A DNA stretch of 64,000 bases from a virus: positions 18,104 to 82,103 of IMG/VR virus record IMGVR_UViG_3300043409_001427. The stretch is one strand, 5' to 3'. A program made the position numbers and the translations under genes. How positions within the stretch are numbered: position 1 is the stretch's first letter; each line of letters opens with the position of its first letter. The notes beneath the pieces are model-generated. The model did no database searches. It saw only the letters and a list, made by a program, of their open reading frames with translations, and was not told the DNA's origin. This document shows positions 20,462-29,572 of the stretch, piece after piece.

Positions 20462-22705
20462 TTAAGACCCGGACCTTATAGGGTTCCCGTTGCTGTCTGT
20501 CACAATTCCTCCAGACCCTGTTCCCACAATACCCGACGGTTTAACTCCATCTTTTTCAAATTTAGCCTTGTACTCTGCATAATATTGCTTTCGTTTTTCA
20601 AAGCCGTTGCGACCGCCGTTAACAAGACCAGTCACTGATACTGGATCGTCCCAAAATGCTGTCGTGTCTTGGTACGGTTGAGTCATTGTTTTATTTTTAA
20701 ATCCTTTAGGTTTATAAACATTGAAGAAATATAATACGGATTTACTTGCCCACTCAATGCCTTCTACTAGATCGGGTTGTTGTTCAAAGTCAATTCCTGC
20801 TTTAAAATATCCGGTCATTTTTCTATAAACATCTTTACCTGTAAGTTGTATAAAGCCGCGGCCTTTGTACTTAACACCGTCGCCTGCTGTTCTATTTCCT
20901 AAATCAGTACGACCTTCGTATTCTGCACCACTTGCATATTCTCTCAAGGCCCTAAAGTGATCACTTTCAACTTTACACTGGGACATCCAGGCCGCTAATT
21001 TTATCGGATCTGTTACACCGTTTGCTATTAAAGTAGCCTGTAGGTATTGCTCATTATCTGCCGCTTTTCCTTTTAGGGGGGCAGCAACCGGAGCATCATT
21101 TACTGGCGGCGCGGCACCGGAACCAGCTTCCGGTGCAGGTGCGGTTGGGCTAACACTGCTGTCTCCACCGGGTCGAGGAGTTACAACAACATTGGTACTA
21201 GCTGGGGTAAACTTTTCAGGATTAACATTCTCATGATGCGGCCAAGGTTCGTGAGTAGGAACCCGTTGCATTATAGTAGTGATAGTACCTGTATTATAAA
21301 ATTTGTCAGGCCCCCAACCGTAACTAATTTCTCGATTAGGTAATGCAAAGATATCTAACTTTTCTGGAACTTCGGCAGACTCGGGCTTATTAGGATCTGG
21401 TGCGGCTGGGCCGTTTAAGTGAATCTGTGTGGCTGCGGCGATTATATTGCCGCTTGCACCTAGCGAAAGCGTACCTGATGCTCCGCAGATTAAATTAGCG
21501 GCAGTTCCTATGCTGTATGCACCAGCCGATGCGTGAGAACTGGTTCCGCCTGCTTCAGAATTTATGTTACCGCCCGAAGAAACTCTAAAATTATCACCGG
21601 TTGAGATATTAAGATTATCACCAAATATTATCTTTCCACTAGTATCGCAAATAAGATAAAATCTACTCTTACAATTAACTTCTATTCCATCAAATGCATT
21701 CATGTGTATATTGCGGCCTGCTTCAAAGTTGATATCTCTATCTGCTCTAAAGTTAAAATCTTGTTCCGAATGTATACTGATGCTATCCTGAGCAAAAATA
21801 TCAATCTTTCCGTTGCTGGTTAATTCTATCCACGCACTGCCTTTACTATTACCAATGTAAATTAAATCCTGGCTATTATGCATGAGGATCTGATGTCCAG
21901 TCCTAGTGCGGATTCTCACCAATTCATTCTGTCCGTTAATATCGCCGTCGTCCATTACAAATGTAGTGCCGCCCAGCCTACTTACAGGTGCTTGACGCTT
22001 TTGTTCATAGCCAATCATACCGGTTTTGGCTCCTGCACTGGTGTCTAGTGGGCCCGGGGTGCTAATACCAAATACTGAACTTGGCACCTCTCTTCTTGCA
22101 CCGCTAGAAGTAACTCCTCTAACAGTATCTAACAACAATCCTTGTTCCACTAGTCTATCGGCAAACGGATGAACAGGTTTTTTAATAGTATCAACGTTAG
22201 GAACATTTAAATTCTGTGTACTTTTTAAATACTCAGCAACTGGTAGGTAAGTAGTTCCATACTTTTGTAACTGTTCAGAAGTTACAGCAGAATTTTGACT
22301 TGCGGCAATTCCCGGTACCATATGATTTTGGAATTGATCCGGAACACATCCCATCCAATAACCTTGATTTGGATCTCCGTCAACAAAGATAACCATAACG
22401 ATCGTTCCCACATCGGGAGGAATACACCACATACCATAGCTTTTCTGCACATCGTTAAAATTACTACTGTTATTACCTTCAAACCTAGGACTAGTCACTC
22501 CATAGAACGGACTGAGATACTTAACAACAAAAGTGTTTTCTTGAGAGTCAACGGTATTATGAATTGTCTTAACTAGGGCAACTTCTAATCCTCCCATATA
22601 AGTAGGATCTAGATGACTTGTTACTTCTGCTAAGAATGGGCCAGGTGAGGATAACAAACCACTTCCACCGCCTCTGCGTGTTGACATTCGTGTTTCTGTA
22701 GCCAT
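20462..22705 (-). CDS. gp5: Baseplate hub/central spike, gp5-like, with a C-terminal GH19 lysozyme/chitinase domain
   Basis: OB-fold motifs DPTYMG.L.V and YGMW.IPPDVG..V.V.F..GDPNQGYW.G, then RTRTGHQI and beta-helix repeats. The C-terminus reads AAWMSQCKVES..F..LREY..YEGR.DLGN...GDG.KYKGRGFIQLTG..VNGG.NG..KR. Confidence 0.88.
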   Translation of the reverse strand: MATETRMSTRRGGGSGLLSSPGPFLAEVTSHLDPTYMGGLEVALVKTIHNTVDSQENTFVVKYLSPFYGVTSPRFEGNNSSNFNDVQKSYGMWCIPPDVGTIVMVIFVDGDPNQGYWMGCVPDQFQNHMVPGIAASQNSAVTSEQLQKYGTTYLPVAEYLKSTQNLNVPNVDTIKKPVHPFADRLVEQGLLLDTVRGVTSSGARREVPSSVFGISTPGPLDTSAGAKTGMIGYEQKRQAPVSRLGGTTFVMDDGDINGQNELVRIRTRTGHQILMHNSQDLIYIGNSKGSAWIELTSNGKIDIFAQDSISIHSEQDFNFRADRDINFEAGRNIHMNAFDGIEVNCKSRFYLICDTSGKIIFGDNLNISTGDNFRVSSGGNINSEAGGTSSHASAGAYSIGTAANLICGASGTLSLGASGNIIAAATQIHLNGPAAPDPNKPESAEVPEKLDIFALPNREISYGWGPDKFYNTGTITTIMQRVPTHEPWPHHENVNPEKFTPASTNVVVTPRPGGDSSVSPTAPAPEAGSGAAPPVNDAPVAAPLKGKAADNEQYLQATLIANGVTDPIKLAAWMSQCKVESDHFRALREYASGAEYEGRTDLGNRTAGDGVKYKGRGFIQLTGKDVYRKMTGYFKAGIDFEQQPDLVEGIEWASKSVLYFFNVYKPKGFKNKTMTQPYQDTTAFWDDPVSVTGLVNGGRNGFEKRKQYYAEYKAKFEKDGVKPSGIVGTGSGGIVTDSNGNPIRSGS

Positions 22706-22708
22706 ATA

Positions 22709-25700
22709 TTACCTTATCATTATTTTATCTAACGGACTTGTTCCTGCAGACCTACTACCAAATTTATTAACAACGGAGCTTCCTAGGTCGCCCACGATGT
22801 TAACTGGGCCTAGTTGATTCCTGACTCCGATAAAGTTACCTTCTAGTGACCCCAGAATTCCAGTCGGTCCCATCAATGACTTTCTCTCTGCATATAATTT
22901 AGCACCTAATACGGCTGCATCAGTAAGATTGTTTACCCCCAATCTACTTGCATATTTTTGAACAATTGATGGTGAATTTGACATTGCTTCTTGAGCAGTA
23001 TCACCAGATAATTGTGTTTGAGATATTTCCGAAATGTTGTTTGCTCCATATGACCTAGCCAATGCGGTCGGCCCCCCATACGATACAATACTGTTAAGAG
23101 CACCAATATCCGGCCTTGGTGGTTGGGCAACTGCATACGGAGCACTAGGTGGTAATCTAGAAATGCCTCCGTACGACATTCCGTTAAGATTTATTCCTTG
23201 GGCCGCAGCCGTTGCTAAATTAGTATCAGCAGGAATATTGCTAGCAATTCCTGATAATTGTCCTAACACCTTACTTTCTAGGTTAGGACTTAATCCAGAT
23301 AGTTGACTTTGGTCTACACCAAATAATGGTGCAATAGCATGAGGGTCTGCATTAGACCCCTGAGTTAATGACCTCAATCGAGATGTAACATCTCCAACTA
23401 GGCCGGCGCCGCGGTCTGGCATAGACGATGTGGCTCCAATCATATTAGAATTTAACCCTTGAATGGGACTATTCCCTATTGGTAACGCAGACGGAATAAT
23501 TTGAACATTAGCACCGGCACCAATTCCTGATCCAATGACACCAAGTTGACTAACCTTCCTGGCCTGTATCCCAACAAATTGATCTAACAACTGCCTTGGG
23601 GCGCCGCTAATACCAAAGCTATTGGCCAGTGTGCTAGCTAACTGTTGTACATAGCCGCCAGGGCTATATACTCGATTTTGTAAACCTACTGCCGCCCTAG
23701 CAGGTAATGGCATACCAAAAGCAGGCTGAAATTGTCCACCAGGTATTGATCCTCCGAACCCTTGACCGGCAAGTCTTGCGGCGCCTGCTAGGTTTGGAGT
23801 TGCTCCGCTTACTGCTGAAATACCGGCAGATAACCTTGATGCGCCTGCTAGGTTTAGATTACTACCGGCTACTGCTGAAACAGTTCCCCCAAGTCCACCA
23901 GTAGCCGCAGTAAAATTAGATAGGTATCCTGGTAATCCTGGTGAAGGAAGTCCTCTGTTTATTTGATTCCACAAGTTTAATTCATCTGGTCGTTGTCCGG
24001 GTGCGGATGGTTCTGCTGGCGTTGCGTCTTGAACTACTGTATCTCTTCTGTTAACCGCTTGACTAATCCGAGCCGTTGGATCTGTCGGTTTATTTTTTCC
24101 TTTGTTAGAAACCTCCCCTGCTCTAGATTGTCCCGGTACTCGAACAATCTGTAATGTTTGTTTAAAGGCGCCGCCTTTAAACGCACTCTTGCAGGTAGTA
24201 ACCATATACACACCACTAAACGGAATCTTTTCAGGTTCAAAAAACATTTGGCCGCCTTGTTCGAGCGGCTGAATGTCAATTGGGTTCATAAAATTAATAG
24301 TGATCAACACTTCGCCGTAATTAAAAGACGCCTCGCCATCTTGTGTTTCTCTGGGACTAGCCTTAGAAGGTTTGGGACTGTAATTTCCTATTCCGCCAGT
24401 TACAATATAAAACGGATCTCCGACAATTTCTATTTCGCCGGTAAGCATATTACTAGTAGAATCAACTACTGCCGAGTGCATGGCCTGGGCCATCGCAAAA
24501 TATGCACTTTGCTGAGTTTGACCTCCGGAGTTTTCCATATCGTTCGTTAAGTCAGCCGTAGTTTGAACCGGGTGTCCTGGCAATCCTGTTTCTTGCGACC
24601 TATCTATATCAGACTCACTCGTTGTAATTTTTATATTAGGCTTATCAGTCGGGGCCGCAGAATTTCTCGAAGGTGGTCCGCCAGTATTTCCTAATCTTGC
24701 AGGAACTGCTTCAAAGAACATATTATTAAAATTTAATTTAAAATTAGTTACATCTATATTTTTTCCTGTATAGATATAATTGTATTCTCTCATTGACTGC
24801 TTTGACAATTTTTCCATATCTAGTCTGTTATTTCCATAATTTGGAATACGAGTATATAAAATTTTAAAAGGAGTAACAACAAAAGTATAAATTTGATAAG
24901 GTCGTTTCTTCTCTTTGCTTGTAGACTGTTTGTTTTCTACTTCCATTTTAATTAAGAAATAATCAACCATATTATCTTTTACTACTGTCTGCCATTCAGA
25001 CGGTGACGATAGCTTTTCAAGTATGTCTCTTATATAATGACTATCCTTAATAATTGAAGTTATGCATTCATGTATTTTCTTTCCTTCAGGAAACTGTACT
25101 GCTGATACTCCGGGAGACAATTTAAATACTTCGGGTCGTTTAGCACTCTGTTCAGGTGTGGGATTCTTTTGATCTTTAGGTTGATTTGCTGTTGGTTTTT
25201 GATTTGTTCCGGCATCAGGAAACTTATAAGAGGCGCTGTCTTTTAATAGTTCTGTAACCTGTGCTCCGGCAAGTTTATTCACTATCTTAACACCATCACT
25301 CCATCCGGTTGTATCATTCCATTCAGGAAATCTAATTTTATATTCATCAAAGGAGTCAGCCCCTAAAGGAGTTTTACTAATAGATTGGTCATGCTCCTTT
25401 GCTTGTTTCTCGACCGACTGTACTAAATTTTGTAAGATTGATTGAACAGTTCCCCCAGAAATTTTAACAGGCATTTTAATTTCGGAAGGATTTCCAAATC
25501 CCTTCTGCTCTAATGGGACTGCTGTTACATTATATTTCGTACCTTTCTCGTCTACACTTACTTCTACATTGCTTAATTGTATGGGGAAATATCTAACAGC
25601 ATTTTTTTCGTATATTGGATCTGAAATATCATCACCGTCTGGGTACCCAACAACTTCCATTTTTAATAAAAAAGTAGCATCGTGATACGATGCATATCCT

Positions 25701-26299
25701 GCCGCGATAGAAGCCACATGCATTGATTCGAGAAACCCACTTATACTGTAGGGTTCAATAACTTCAAATATAACCTTTGTAGGTTGTGTTACTCCGCTTT
25801 GACCATCCGAAGACATAACAGTTTCTACCTCAACATTGTCAACAAACATGTCAAAGCGACCCGGACTTTTTTGATTAAACTCACTGATAAGAGCGTTACC
25901 TGAAGAATCTAAATAATCAACCTTAGTAGTTGCTGTTGTCACCGTAGGGACTGTTTTCTTCCACCACAATGAGCCAGTTGTTGCAGTACCGCGCTTTTCT
26001 TCTTTCACTTCCATCGTTCGAGGAACTGGTACTGCTTTTGACGGATCAATTCCTTTGGTACCTTTTCCTGATGATCTTAAAATAACATAGTCTAACGCAC
26101 TATCTCTATAAGTTTCGGGCCTATACGCATCGTCTCTTTTTAATGTAGACAAAGTAAAAAGATATGTATAGGATTTATATTTGTGTAATACATTACTACC
26201 AGTTGACCCTCGAATCGCGCCGTTAGCAGTGTCCAGCCCGATTGGTGCAGGTGTTGCTGACTTTTCTGTTTTCTTTTCAACACTAGTACTATCAGCCAT
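22709..26299 (-). CDS. Baseplate hub/tail protein (gp27-like position) with a long Gly/Ala/Ser-rich C-terminal extension
   Basis: NVLHKYKSYTY.FTL, FE.IEPYS..F, Y.YIYTGKN.DV..F, IEIVGDPFY and FSG.Y.V....S.F.GG.F.Q.L; lies upstream of gp5. Confidence 0.65.
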   Translation of the reverse strand: MADSTSVEKKTEKSATPAPIGLDTANGAIRGSTGSNVLHKYKSYTYLFTLSTLKRDDAYRPETYRDSALDYVILRSSGKGTKGIDPSKAVPVPRTMEVKEEKRGTATTGSLWWKKTVPTVTTATTKVDYLDSSGNALISEFNQKSPGRFDMFVDNVEVETVMSSDGQSGVTQPTKVIFEVIEPYSISGFLESMHVASIAAGYASYHDATFLLKMEVVGYPDGDDISDPIYEKNAVRYFPIQLSNVEVSVDEKGTKYNVTAVPLEQKGFGNPSEIKMPVKISGGTVQSILQNLVQSVEKQAKEHDQSISKTPLGADSFDEYKIRFPEWNDTTGWSDGVKIVNKLAGAQVTELLKDSASYKFPDAGTNQKPTANQPKDQKNPTPEQSAKRPEVFKLSPGVSAVQFPEGKKIHECITSIIKDSHYIRDILEKLSSPSEWQTVVKDNMVDYFLIKMEVENKQSTSKEKKRPYQIYTFVVTPFKILYTRIPNYGNNRLDMEKLSKQSMREYNYIYTGKNIDVTNFKLNFNNMFFEAVPARLGNTGGPPSRNSAAPTDKPNIKITTSESDIDRSQETGLPGHPVQTTADLTNDMENSGGQTQQSAYFAMAQAMHSAVVDSTSNMLTGEIEIVGDPFYIVTGGIGNYSPKPSKASPRETQDGEASFNYGEVLITINFMNPIDIQPLEQGGQMFFEPEKIPFSGVYMVTTCKSAFKGGAFKQTLQIVRVPGQSRAGEVSNKGKNKPTDPTARISQAVNRRDTVVQDATPAEPSAPGQRPDELNLWNQINRGLPSPGLPGYLSNFTAATGGLGGTVSAVAGSNLNLAGASRLSAGISAVSGATPNLAGAARLAGQGFGGSIPGGQFQPAFGMPLPARAAVGLQNRVYSPGGYVQQLASTLANSFGISGAPRQLLDQFVGIQARKVSQLGVIGSGIGAGANVQIIPSALPIGNSPIQGLNSNMIGATSSMPDRGAGLVGDVTSRLRSLTQGSNADPHAIAPLFGVDQSQLSGLSPNLESKVLGQLSGIASNIPADTNLATAAAQGINLNGMSYGGISRLPPSAPYAVAQPPRPDIGALNSIVSYGGPTALARSYGANNISEISQTQLSGDTAQEAMSNSPSIVQKYASRLGVNNLTDAAVLGAKLYAERKSLMGPTGILGSLEGNFIGVRNQLGPVNIVGDLGSSVVNKFGSRSAGTSPLDKIMIR

Positions 26300-26300
26300 T

Positions 26301-26600
26301 TTAAATTCCTAATGAGGCTTTAAGAGAACTTAATTTAGGAACAAATATTTTAATTCCTGCCTGCATGTCAAACACCGGGTCTCTCAATATAGAAGGATTC
26401 CTTGCCGCAAATACCCACCATAGGCTAACATCATTATAAACATCGTGAGCAAGGAGATCGGGCCTAGTTTCGTAGCTTTTAGTTACAGTGAATAATATGT
26501 CATCTGCTTCGACAGGAACCTGTCGCCAGGTCATAACATCTAAATACCCAATAGTTTGCTCAGTATTATAATAAGGACTTGTATTTTTATATTCAGCCAT
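26301..26600 (-). CDS. gp53: Baseplate protein, gp53-like (LysM-like)
   Basis: YETRPDLLAHDVY.D.SLWWVFA.RN...DP.FD...G..I.VP. Confidence 0.8.
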   Translation of the reverse strand: MAEYKNTSPYYNTEQTIGYLDVMTWRQVPVEADDILFTVTKSYETRPDLLAHDVYNDVSLWWVFAARNPSILRDPVFDMQAGIKIFVPKLSSLKASLGI

Positions 26601-27463
26601 TATAGATATCCTTTTCCTTTGTATGTTCCATTAATAAATCCAGTAACACTCGAAGCTTGCATCTCGGCTCGACTGTACATCAGTTTGCAATTAATCGTTA
26701 AAGTGCTTCTTGTTGGAACACTTGCTGCCCCAAATGGTTGACTACTTTCTAACAACGAGTAAAAATCGCAATCGTCAGGAAAGTCGTGTTTAAAACTTGT
26801 GATAACCACTGGAATATTTTTTAAATTATATTCACCGTAAGCATCTAATCTACATACCGGAGGGGGAGACCCGGCAGTTGGATCATTACCAAAACTCATT
26901 TTAGTTAGTGCGGCTAATAATCGCACAGTTGCTAGCCAGATGACCGCATCGACTTCATTCTGCACAGTAAATTTTCCAGTTATTGAAATATCCGAAACAC
27001 TACTGCTCTTATAAAAATTAATAGGAAAGTTTGAGTGAATGGGAGTTAACGATCCATACTCTGCTTTGTGTTCCATTGTAACTTGCGGGGTGTATGGAAA
27101 AATAATTCCACCTAAATAACTTGGACCCAATTCAGCTAGGCTAGTACCTTGCGTAAATGTTGTGAGATAAGTTTTAGGTACACGGATCCGAACTCTAAGA
27201 TCGGTACTTTGAGAAGCGGGTTGAACATTTCCTTCAGAATCCTGTTTTTGCTGAGTTACTTCTTGAGCGGCTGGTGGGGTAGGCGGTGCTGCCCCAGGTG
27301 TTAGGTTCCCCATATCTCTAACCGGGCCTTCTTTTAGAGGTGGAGTCGGAGCTTGTTTGCGGCGCGGGTCTCTAAATATAATGGCGGCTCCACCTTTGGT
27401 GTCGGATCCAATAAAGCCCTTAGCGGCATAATTTTTACTTGCTTCACCTAAAATGTCACTCAT
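26600..27463 (-). CDS. Tail tube initiator/baseplate cap, gp48/gp54-like
   Basis: GIIFPYTP, G.PPPVC.L.AYG.Y...NIPVVI.SF and VPT....I; first gene of the baseplate operon. Confidence 0.65.
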   Translation of the reverse strand: MSDILGEASKNYAAKGFIGSDTKGGAAIIFRDPRRKQAPTPPLKEGPVRDMGNLTPGAAPPTPPAAQEVTQQKQDSEGNVQPASQSTDLRVRIRVPKTYLTTFTQGTSLAELGPSYLGGIIFPYTPQVTMEHKAEYGSLTPIHSNFPINFYKSSSVSDISITGKFTVQNEVDAVIWLATVRLLAALTKMSFGNDPTAGSPPPVCRLDAYGEYNLKNIPVVITSFKHDFPDDCDFYSLLESSQPFGAASVPTRSTLTINCKLMYSRAEMQASSVTGFINGTYKGKGYL

Positions 27464-27483
27464 AGTTTTTTTCCCTTATAGCT

Positions 27484-27500
27484 TATTTAACCAATAAATA
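27484..27500. promoter_or_regulatory. Back-to-back putative late promoters: TAAATA on - at 27484-27489 and on + at 27495-27500
   Basis: Core of the T4 late consensus TATAAATA, located at the strand switch between the baseplate operon and gp55. Confidence 0.6.
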
Positions 27501-27518
27501 AAATGCTAATATTTCTGG

Positions 27519-27546
27519 TTGACACATTGAAAAATCGTGTTATACT
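27519..27546 (+). promoter_or_regulatory. Sigma70-like promoter upstream of gp55
   Basis: TTGACA (27519-24), 16-nt spacer, TATACT (27541-46), then AAGGA and an ATG at 27569. Confidence 0.7.
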
Positions 27547-27568
27547 TGTACAAAGGAACCTACCCACA

Positions 27569-28510
27569 ATGACTATCGGAATAACAACAATAAGAAAAGC
27601 CAAATATTTAAACAATCGAGATTTACTAGCAGAGATACATCGTAGCAAGTGTTCATTTTCTAGCTTTATTACTCCGGAGCACGGCACCTACGACATTATC
27701 CTCCCAAATTTAGATAAAGTAAATCAAAGAACTGTAGCCGAAGCTAAAAGAAATAGGGCTAAACGACTGGGATTACAAGCATTTGCTATAGCAAGAAACT
27801 CGGGCGACAAGAAAACAAAACTTGCAGAAGTAACCCCGGACTATAAAACTGTTACGAAGACCGATGTTGTTATTCGTATAATGACCTTTGATCATATTCC
27901 CCTAGCCCCCGGTCGTAAGAAAACTACCAAAACTACCGCCGATAGCCACGATAAAGTAAACTTCCCCCCATTCCAACATTGGAAGTTTGACGAAACCGAT
28001 CCTGATAAACTTGTCTGTGTTGGCAAAAGCCACTGGAAAGGTCCGCTCGATACTGGACATTTTGGTAAAGACCACGGTCGCATTACAGAAAACTTAGGTA
28101 GAATGTATATTAAACTAAGTGAACGCTATGCTCAGCGATCTAATTGGCGTGGTTATACTTACATTGATGAAATGAAAGGGCAGGCAATTCTACAACTAAG
28201 TCAAATTGGTTTACAATTTGATGAAAGTAAATCGGAAAATCCGTTTGCCTACTATACCGCCGCAGTTACTAATAGTTTTACAAGAATCCTAAACTTAGAA
28301 AAGAAAAGCCAAAATATCCGTGACGACTTGTTAGAGGAAAATGGATTAACCCCAAGTTTAACTCGACAAAACAAACAAGAGTACGCAGAAGAAACAGCAA
28401 GGCAAGCAGAACTATACAAAAATATGCGTCAGCCCAAGAGTGAAGATACTGCATCGGATGAAGACGAGGCAGGTATTGACATTGTTGAAGGAGGAGAAAT
28501 AAAGGCTTGA
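27569..28510 (+). CDS. gp55: Late transcription sigma factor, gp55-like (start revised from 27503 to 27569)
   Basis: YLNNRDLLAEI and NWRGYTY.DEM...A......QFDESKSENPFAYYT....NSF.R.L..EKK; the gp55-gp47-gp46 order matches T4. Confidence 0.88.
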   Translation: MTIGITTIRKAKYLNNRDLLAEIHRSKCSFSSFITPEHGTYDIILPNLDKVNQRTVAEAKRNRAKRLGLQAFAIARNSGDKKTKLAEVTPDYKTVTKTDVVIRIMTFDHIPLAPGRKKTTKTTADSHDKVNFPPFQHWKFDETDPDKLVCVGKSHWKGPLDTGHFGKDHGRITENLGRMYIKLSERYAQRSNWRGYTYIDEMKGQAILQLSQIGLQFDESKSENPFAYYTAAVTNSFTRILNLEKKSQNIRDDLLEENGLTPSLTRQNKQEYAEETARQAELYKNMRQPKSEDTASDEDEAGIDIVEGGEIKA

Positions 28511-28535
28511 CTTTATTCAACATTGTTTGTACACT
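28507..28535 (+). promoter_or_regulatory. Sigma70-like promoter upstream of gp47
   Basis: TTGACT, 17-nt spacer, TACACT, then AAGGGA and the ATG at 28559. Confidence 0.6.
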
Positions 28536-28558
28536 ATTAGTTACAAGGGAACTATAGA

Positions 28559-29572
28559 ATGGCTTTATTCAAAAAAGTAGCGTGTTTTACTGACATACAT
28601 TTTGGACTTAAATCAAATAGCACTACGCATTTAAAAGATTGTGAAGAGTTTGTAGATTGGTTTATTGCAGAAGCTAAGAAAGAGGGTTGCGAAACCGCAA
28701 TCTTTCTTGGCGACTGGTCACACAATCGAAACAGCCTTAACCTATTCACATTAGATTCCAGCTTACGATGCCTTGAAAAACTAGGTGCGGCATTTGATAA
28801 CTTTTATTGGTTCCCTGGCAACCACGATTTGTTCTATAAAGACAGGCGCGACATCCATAGCAGTGCATTTGGGCGGCATGTTCCCGGAGTTACCGTAGTA
28901 GAAGAAATAACTACCATAAACGATGTAACCTTTGTACCTTGGCTAGTTGGAAACGAGTGGAAGTCTATGAAAGACTTAAAAAGCAAGTATGTCTTTGGCC
29001 ACTTTGAATTGCCCAGGTTCTATATGAACGCGATGATACAAATGCCCGACTATGGAGAGCTACGGGCAGAAGACTTTAATGGTCCCGACTACATTTTTAG
29101 TGGTCATTTCCATAGGAGGCAAGAAAATAACAAAGTAATTTACATTGGTAATGCATTTCCCCATAACTATTCCGATGCTTGGGACGACGACCGGGGCATG
29201 ATGGTCATGGAATGGGGCGGTGTTCCCCAATTTATCAACTGGGAAGATTGTCCTAAGTATAGATCTATTAAATTGTCAGACCTTATTGACAAAAAAGATA
29301 CGATTATAAAAAGCAAAATGCACTTCAAGGTTAACTTAGACATTGATATAAGCTATGAAGAAGCAAATTTCATTAAAGAAACTTTTATCAATGATTACGA
29401 TATTAGAGAAATCAGTCTTATTCAAGACAAAACAAACCTTGAAGGATCAATGGACAATAGTCCAGACACGCTATTTGAAAGTGTAGATCAAATTGTTACT
29501 GAACAATTGATTAATATTGACAGCAAAGACTTTGACAAGAATACCTTACTAGAGATTTATAATAACCTATAA
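28559..29572 (+). CDS. gp47: Recombination nuclease subunit (Mre11/SbcD-like)
   Basis: Metallophosphoesterase motifs TDIHFG, FLGDW, GNHD, GHFE and SGHFH. Confidence 0.95.
   Translation: MALFKKVACFTDIHFGLKSNSTTHLKDCEEFVDWFIAEAKKEGCETAIFLGDWSHNRNSLNLFTLDSSLRCLEKLGAAFDNFYWFPGNHDLFYKDRRDIHSSAFGRHVPGVTVVEEITTINDVTFVPWLVGNEWKSMKDLKSKYVFGHFELPRFYMNAMIQMPDYGELRAEDFNGPDYIFSGHFHRRQENNKVIYIGNAFPHNYSDAWDDDRGMMVMEWGGVPQFINWEDCPKYRSIKLSDLIDKKDTIIKSKMHFKVNLDIDISYEEANFIKETFINDYDIREISLIQDKTNLEGSMDNSPDTLFESVDQIVTEQLINIDSKDFDKNTLLEIYNNL

Noticed and set aside
27503-27568. ORF-track start for gp55
   Set aside because: This segment contains a sigma70-like promoter and an SD that point to the ATG at 27569.
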